Source: Neodothiora populina
Lineage: Eukaryota
Assembly (NCBI RefSeq): GCF_041146345.1
Contig: NW_027191410.1
Coordinates: forward strand, 806,001-870,000
Length of the DNA: 64,000 nt
Direction of reading: 5' to 3'
This document shows positions 60,043 to 64,000 of this stretch, piece by piece. Below the pieces are notes generated by a model. That model did no database searches. It was given only the letters and a program-made list of their open reading frames with translations, and was not told where the DNA came from. The translations under genes were made by a program, and so were the position numbers. The first letter of the stretch is position 1; every line of letters starts with the position of its first letter.

Positions 60043-60752
60043 ATTTATTTTTTGTTTTGGTCAGGAAGGAAACATCGGGAACAGCGCCGATGCTCTGTCC
60101 TTTCATATTTATGGCAACAAGAGAGACTTCGCTTCGCTTGTAAAGCTAAATTGGAGAGAGTGCTTTCACGGTTTGGGAGCAGCAATAGTCCTGTTGGTTT
60201 CTTGGGATTTAGCAACGGAGTTGGGAATGAGCGAATCGGCAAAGGGAAGGAAAAGAAAACTGGGGTGGCTTGCTTGGCTACTAGCTAGCTTGTGTTGTGA
60301 GGTCCATGAAGGGATGGGTGGAATGCATCTTCACCATCATTACTCGGGAGTCTCAGAAGGCCCGCTGTGGCCAATAGGAGAATATTAATCTCTCATCTAG
60401 CATTAGATTCGACATGCAAAGTATGCTGCAATTGAAGCATACGTCAGTGTCTATGTACATGTATATATAACTCAGTCGTGACTGAGACGAAAACATCAAT
60501 CCACCTTTCGTGTACGCCTTTGGTGCATCATCAGCGACACTTTACAAAAGACAACACTTTTCCCACACTCCTGCATCGAAATCGAGTCCAAGCAACTCGT
60601 CCTTTCTATTCTTCTCTATCCAACACCAAAAAAAGGAGCCGAACACTCACTGCTATAATAGCACCCAAACCTCAACCCAAAGAAGCAAAACACCAAGCCA
60701 ACATAACCCTCCCCCCTATGCCAAAACAAAAACGAAAAAGAAACGAGAAAAG

Positions 60753-61001
60753 TCACTCGTCATCAGCCGTGAAGCCCATACCCCTACGCCACCAAGCATA
60801 CACTCCGCGCGCATGCATACGGGCCGCAAAGTCCTTGACGCTGTCGGTTTCGTGTAGGCCACGCTGCTGCTGTGCAAGCTGTTTATCTGTGCCAATGGAG
60901 CTAGGTTGAGAAGAGGAGGTTTCGGAGACAAGAGCCGCGGGTCGAGTCGCCAGTTGGTAGTCCTTGTACCTCAGATTCTGGAGAAACCATTAATGGACTC
61001 T

Positions 61002-61082
<81 letters not shown>

Positions 61083-61331
61083 CTTGTAAGAGACAGAGAG
61101 CCAGACGCAGGAAATGGGTAGATCGGAATAAAGACGGAAAAAACACACATGAACGACCCCGACCCACCTCCTCACGCCATCTTCTCGTCCCTCGACGTAC
61201 ATGATGCCGGGACACCCGCCGGATCGGATCAGAGCGAAGACGTCGCAGGCGTCGGCGGCTTGCTTGAGTTTGGTCACTTTTTTGCGGGAGGTGATGTGGT
61301 GGGTTCTGATTAGGGCGTTGTAGAGGGACAT
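60753..61331 (-). CDS. Small DUF1115/RWDD2-C-terminal-like protein; intron 60978-61148
   Basis: IRTHHITSRKK...GGCPGIMYVEG....VRRWV..VH|NLRYKDYQ; splicing restores a ~135-aa ORF ending GMGFTADDE. Confidence 0.7.
61008..61078 (+). repeat. (GA)n microsatellite inside an intron
   Basis: About 35 GA units. Confidence 0.95.
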
Positions 61332-61721
61332 TATAGTAGGTGAGTTTGGAACCCCGGGGTTATGGTTCGTGAAGAGCGCATTGGAGGGGTGGTTTTGCTG
61401 GTTCAATCAAATGAGCTGGCAGTGAAGTGTATTTTTGTTGATTCGATGTTAAATGTCGATGGCATTATTGTAAGGTAAGGTAAGGTGAGATGCAGTACCA
61501 TGATGGCGGGGTGGATTGGCGGGCGTCTCATCGGCCTAGGAGGTGTCAGAAGTGTGGTCTTATCGATAACAGCACTTTGTTTGCGGTTTTGGGAGCTTCT
61601 AGAACAACAAAGTGAAGAGTGCCCGCAGTGTTTCTTCACTTGCCGACTGAATATCTCCACCCTTCCTTCCTCACACACACAGCCCACTGTAGCGAAAGGA
61701 CAGACGACAACAACAACAATC

Positions 61722-62975
61722 ATGGATCAGGCAAAACGGGGTGCAGACGCCCTCAACAACGGACAATACGCAAAGGCCATCGAGGAATACACGGCAGCCA
61801 TCAAGGTGTCCCCCACCTCACCGGATTACCACATCAAGCGGTCCATGGCCTACCAGCGCTCGTCACCTGCCGATTACACGAACGCTCTGGCAGACGCCGA
61901 GGACGCTGTGCGCTTCGCCCAACAGCGCGCGAAGAGAGAGCTCACAGTCCAGGCGCAGCTGAGAAGAGCCATCGCGCTGTTTGGCCTCGAGAGGTGGGCG
62001 GATGCCAAGTTTGTCTTGGACATTGTCAAGCGCATGGATCCCAAAGAGAAGACACTGGCTATCTGGGAGAATAAGATTTCCAGCAAGTTGGACAGCATCG
62101 GGGAAGACGATGCGCAGAGAGAAGTCACGGTCAAGGAGACACCCGGCAAAGCTGCCTCGACATCCACAAACAGCACTACAGCACCAAGTCAGCCGAGCCC
62201 AGCCAGCAAGGATGCGCCAGCAAATGTGACAGCTGCAAGCGTCCAGACGCCGGCCAACAAAATCCGACACGACTGGTACCAGAGTAGCGACAACGTCACC
62301 TTCACACTTCTCGTCAAGGGCGCACCCAAGGACGAGGCGATCGTTGACATACAGGAGGACTCCCTCAACATGTCTTTCCCACTCGTCACCGACTCTATCT
62401 ATGAGTTCTCACTCGATCCGCTGTACGCACCGGTAGATGTATCGGCGTCACGATACACAGTCATGCCGAGCAAGATTGAAGTCATCCTCAAGAAGAAGCA
62501 GCCGGGACAAAAGTGGCACAGCCTGGAGCAGAGTGATTCAACAGCCAGCGGCAACGCCGTCACCTCTCTGAGCACCGACAAGCAAGGATCTACCGCACAA
62601 ACCAACAGCACCACCACCTCCGCAGGTGCCCAATCTACATCAACCGCAGCGAAAGGACCGGCGTATCCGACATCGTCGCGGAGCGGACCGAAAAACTGGG
62701 ACAAGCTAGCACAGGAATTGACGACCAAGGAGAAAAGTGACGACGCCAAGGGAGATGGACTCAACGACGACGACCTAGACGATGGAGAGGGAGGCGACGA
62801 GGTGAACAAGTTCTTCCAGAAGCTATACGCAGGCGCAGACCCGGACACACGGCGAGCAATGATGAAGAGCTTCTCCGAGAGCAACGGAACAGCACTGAGC
62901 ACGAACTGGGAAGATGTCAAGAAGAAGAAGATGGAGACGACGCCGCCGGATGGAATGGAGGCTAGGAAATGGTAG
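61722..62975 (+). CDS. SGT1: Hsp90 co-chaperone Sgt1 (TPR-CS-SGS)
   Basis: TPR N-terminus, IRHDWYQS CS domain, YPTSS..KNWDK and DTRRAMMKSFSESNGTALSTNW SGS motif. Confidence 0.95.
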   Translation: MDQAKRGADALNNGQYAKAIEEYTAAIKVSPTSPDYHIKRSMAYQRSSPADYTNALADAEDAVRFAQQRAKRELTVQAQLRRAIALFGLERWADAKFVLDIVKRMDPKEKTLAIWENKISSKLDSIGEDDAQREVTVKETPGKAASTSTNSTTAPSQPSPASKDAPANVTAASVQTPANKIRHDWYQSSDNVTFTLLVKGAPKDEAIVDIQEDSLNMSFPLVTDSIYEFSLDPLYAPVDVSASRYTVMPSKIEVILKKKQPGQKWHSLEQSDSTASGNAVTSLSTDKQGSTAQTNSTTTSAGAQSTSTAAKGPAYPTSSRSGPKNWDKLAQELTTKEKSDDAKGDGLNDDDLDDGEGGDEVNKFFQKLYAGADPDTRRAMMKSFSESNGTALSTNWEDVKKKKMETTPPDGMEARKW

Positions 62976-63771
62976 AGTTCAGGGCAACCGTGATCGTCAT
63001 CCTATTACCTGCAGACGCGATTAAGCAAGGCGTTTGGTATACTGTAGCAATGCAAGCAGCATTTCATCTTCTGGTCAACAAAAACAGCAAAGTCTAGCCC
63101 CCTTGAGCGTCCGAGCGCTCTCGCAGCCCTCAGAGATGCAACTGCAACGGTCTCAGATGGACAGACGCACCGGAAGCGCTAGTGGCGGCGCCTTCTCCCT
63201 TCTCCACATGTGGCATTCCTTCTGGTCATTACCTTACCTGACCGCTATGTGGCTTTTGTGCTGTTTCACAATTCTCCGTCTGAGCCAGATATACTTTTTT
63301 TTCGGTGGATGGAAATCATGACATGTGGACACGTTGGAGTCGTTATCGCTCGGACGATGCATCTCATATGGACATAGAGACCGTTCGCCCAAGATCAAGT
63401 AAACGCAAGTAGGAAAAGGGGGACCTGTGCACGTTCTAGTGGTCTGCCAAGTAAAGTACAGAAAGCTTTGTGCAGTAAGGTAATTACCTTACGTAGTCTA
63501 CGGTGTAGCAGTAAGCAAAGGGATTACCTTGGGTGCCTTAGTTTCGCAAATGCCGTAATGGTTGAAAAGTGTTGCAAGTGGTGCAGCTAGTTAACTGTAC
63601 TTTAAACCCTTGATTTACAATCTGAATCCAGATTATATTGCGGCAATGATGCTATTCTCGAGCCTACCGCGATCCAGTTACAGGAATACGCGCGACGAGC
63701 TCCAGGGTCTCTCTCCCATTTGCCAGGCTCTTAGGCTCTAAGGCTCAGGCACCCCTCATCAGCCACAGCAG

Positions 63772-63827
63772 CTAAGGTCTAAGGTCTAAGGTCTAAGGTC
63801 TGAGGTCTGAGGTCTGAGGTCTGAGGT
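63772..63827 (+). repeat. 7-bp tandem array: 4x CTAAGGT then 4x CTGAGGT
   Basis: Counted directly. Confidence 0.95.
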
Positions 63828-63879
63828 ACTTGAAAGTTGGTGTAGTGTCATGCACTGCAACTTGTACCTCCGTAGCGTA

Positions 63880-63911
<32 letters not shown>

Positions 63912-63940
63912 CAACTGCTGCTGCTGCTGCTGCTGTGCTG
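63880..63940 (+). repeat. (CT)n followed by (CTG)n microsatellites
   Basis: Seen directly. Confidence 0.9.
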
Positions 63941-64000
63941 CCCTGTTTCGTGTACTGACTGTATCTTGCCTGCACTTGCATTTCCACTTGCACTCTTGTA

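Noticed and set aside
63772..63827. Telomere or CRISPR interpretation of the 7-mer array
   Set aside because: Not TTAGGG, internal, has no spacers, and the context is eukaryotic

Overview
Gene-dense eukaryotic DNA from a filamentous ascomycete (Pezizomycotina, probably Dothideomycetes; inferred from short GT-AG introns with CTRAC-type branch points and protein style). It carries about 19 housekeeping genes: a PQ-loop transporter, GTR1, YAR1, URC4/DUF1688, a WW protein, a fatty-acid elongase, COX6, PP2A B56/RTS1, TFC1, YJU2, CDC16, GUS1, SWA2, SPO11, CAC1/RLF2, glucosylceramide synthase, ADE6, TRA1, a DUF1115-like protein and SGT1. I saw no rRNA, tRNA, CRISPR or recognisable transposon. The one accessory-looking segment is about 34.7-37.4 kb, between SPO11 and CAC1. 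It holds a tandem pair of small orphan zinc-ribbon genes (one intact, one frameshifted) head-to-head with a truncated, stop-interrupted AIG1/GIMAP-like GTPase ending in a CaaX box. Other notable signals are a hidden alternative C-terminal exon of RTS1, a multi-stem structured COX6 intron, weak splice sites just before the SPO11 catalytic exon, tandem Gcn4/CpcA sites before GUS1, and recurrent AGGTA/TACCT palindromes in intergenic DNA. Gene calls come from motif recognition by eye; no database searches were run.
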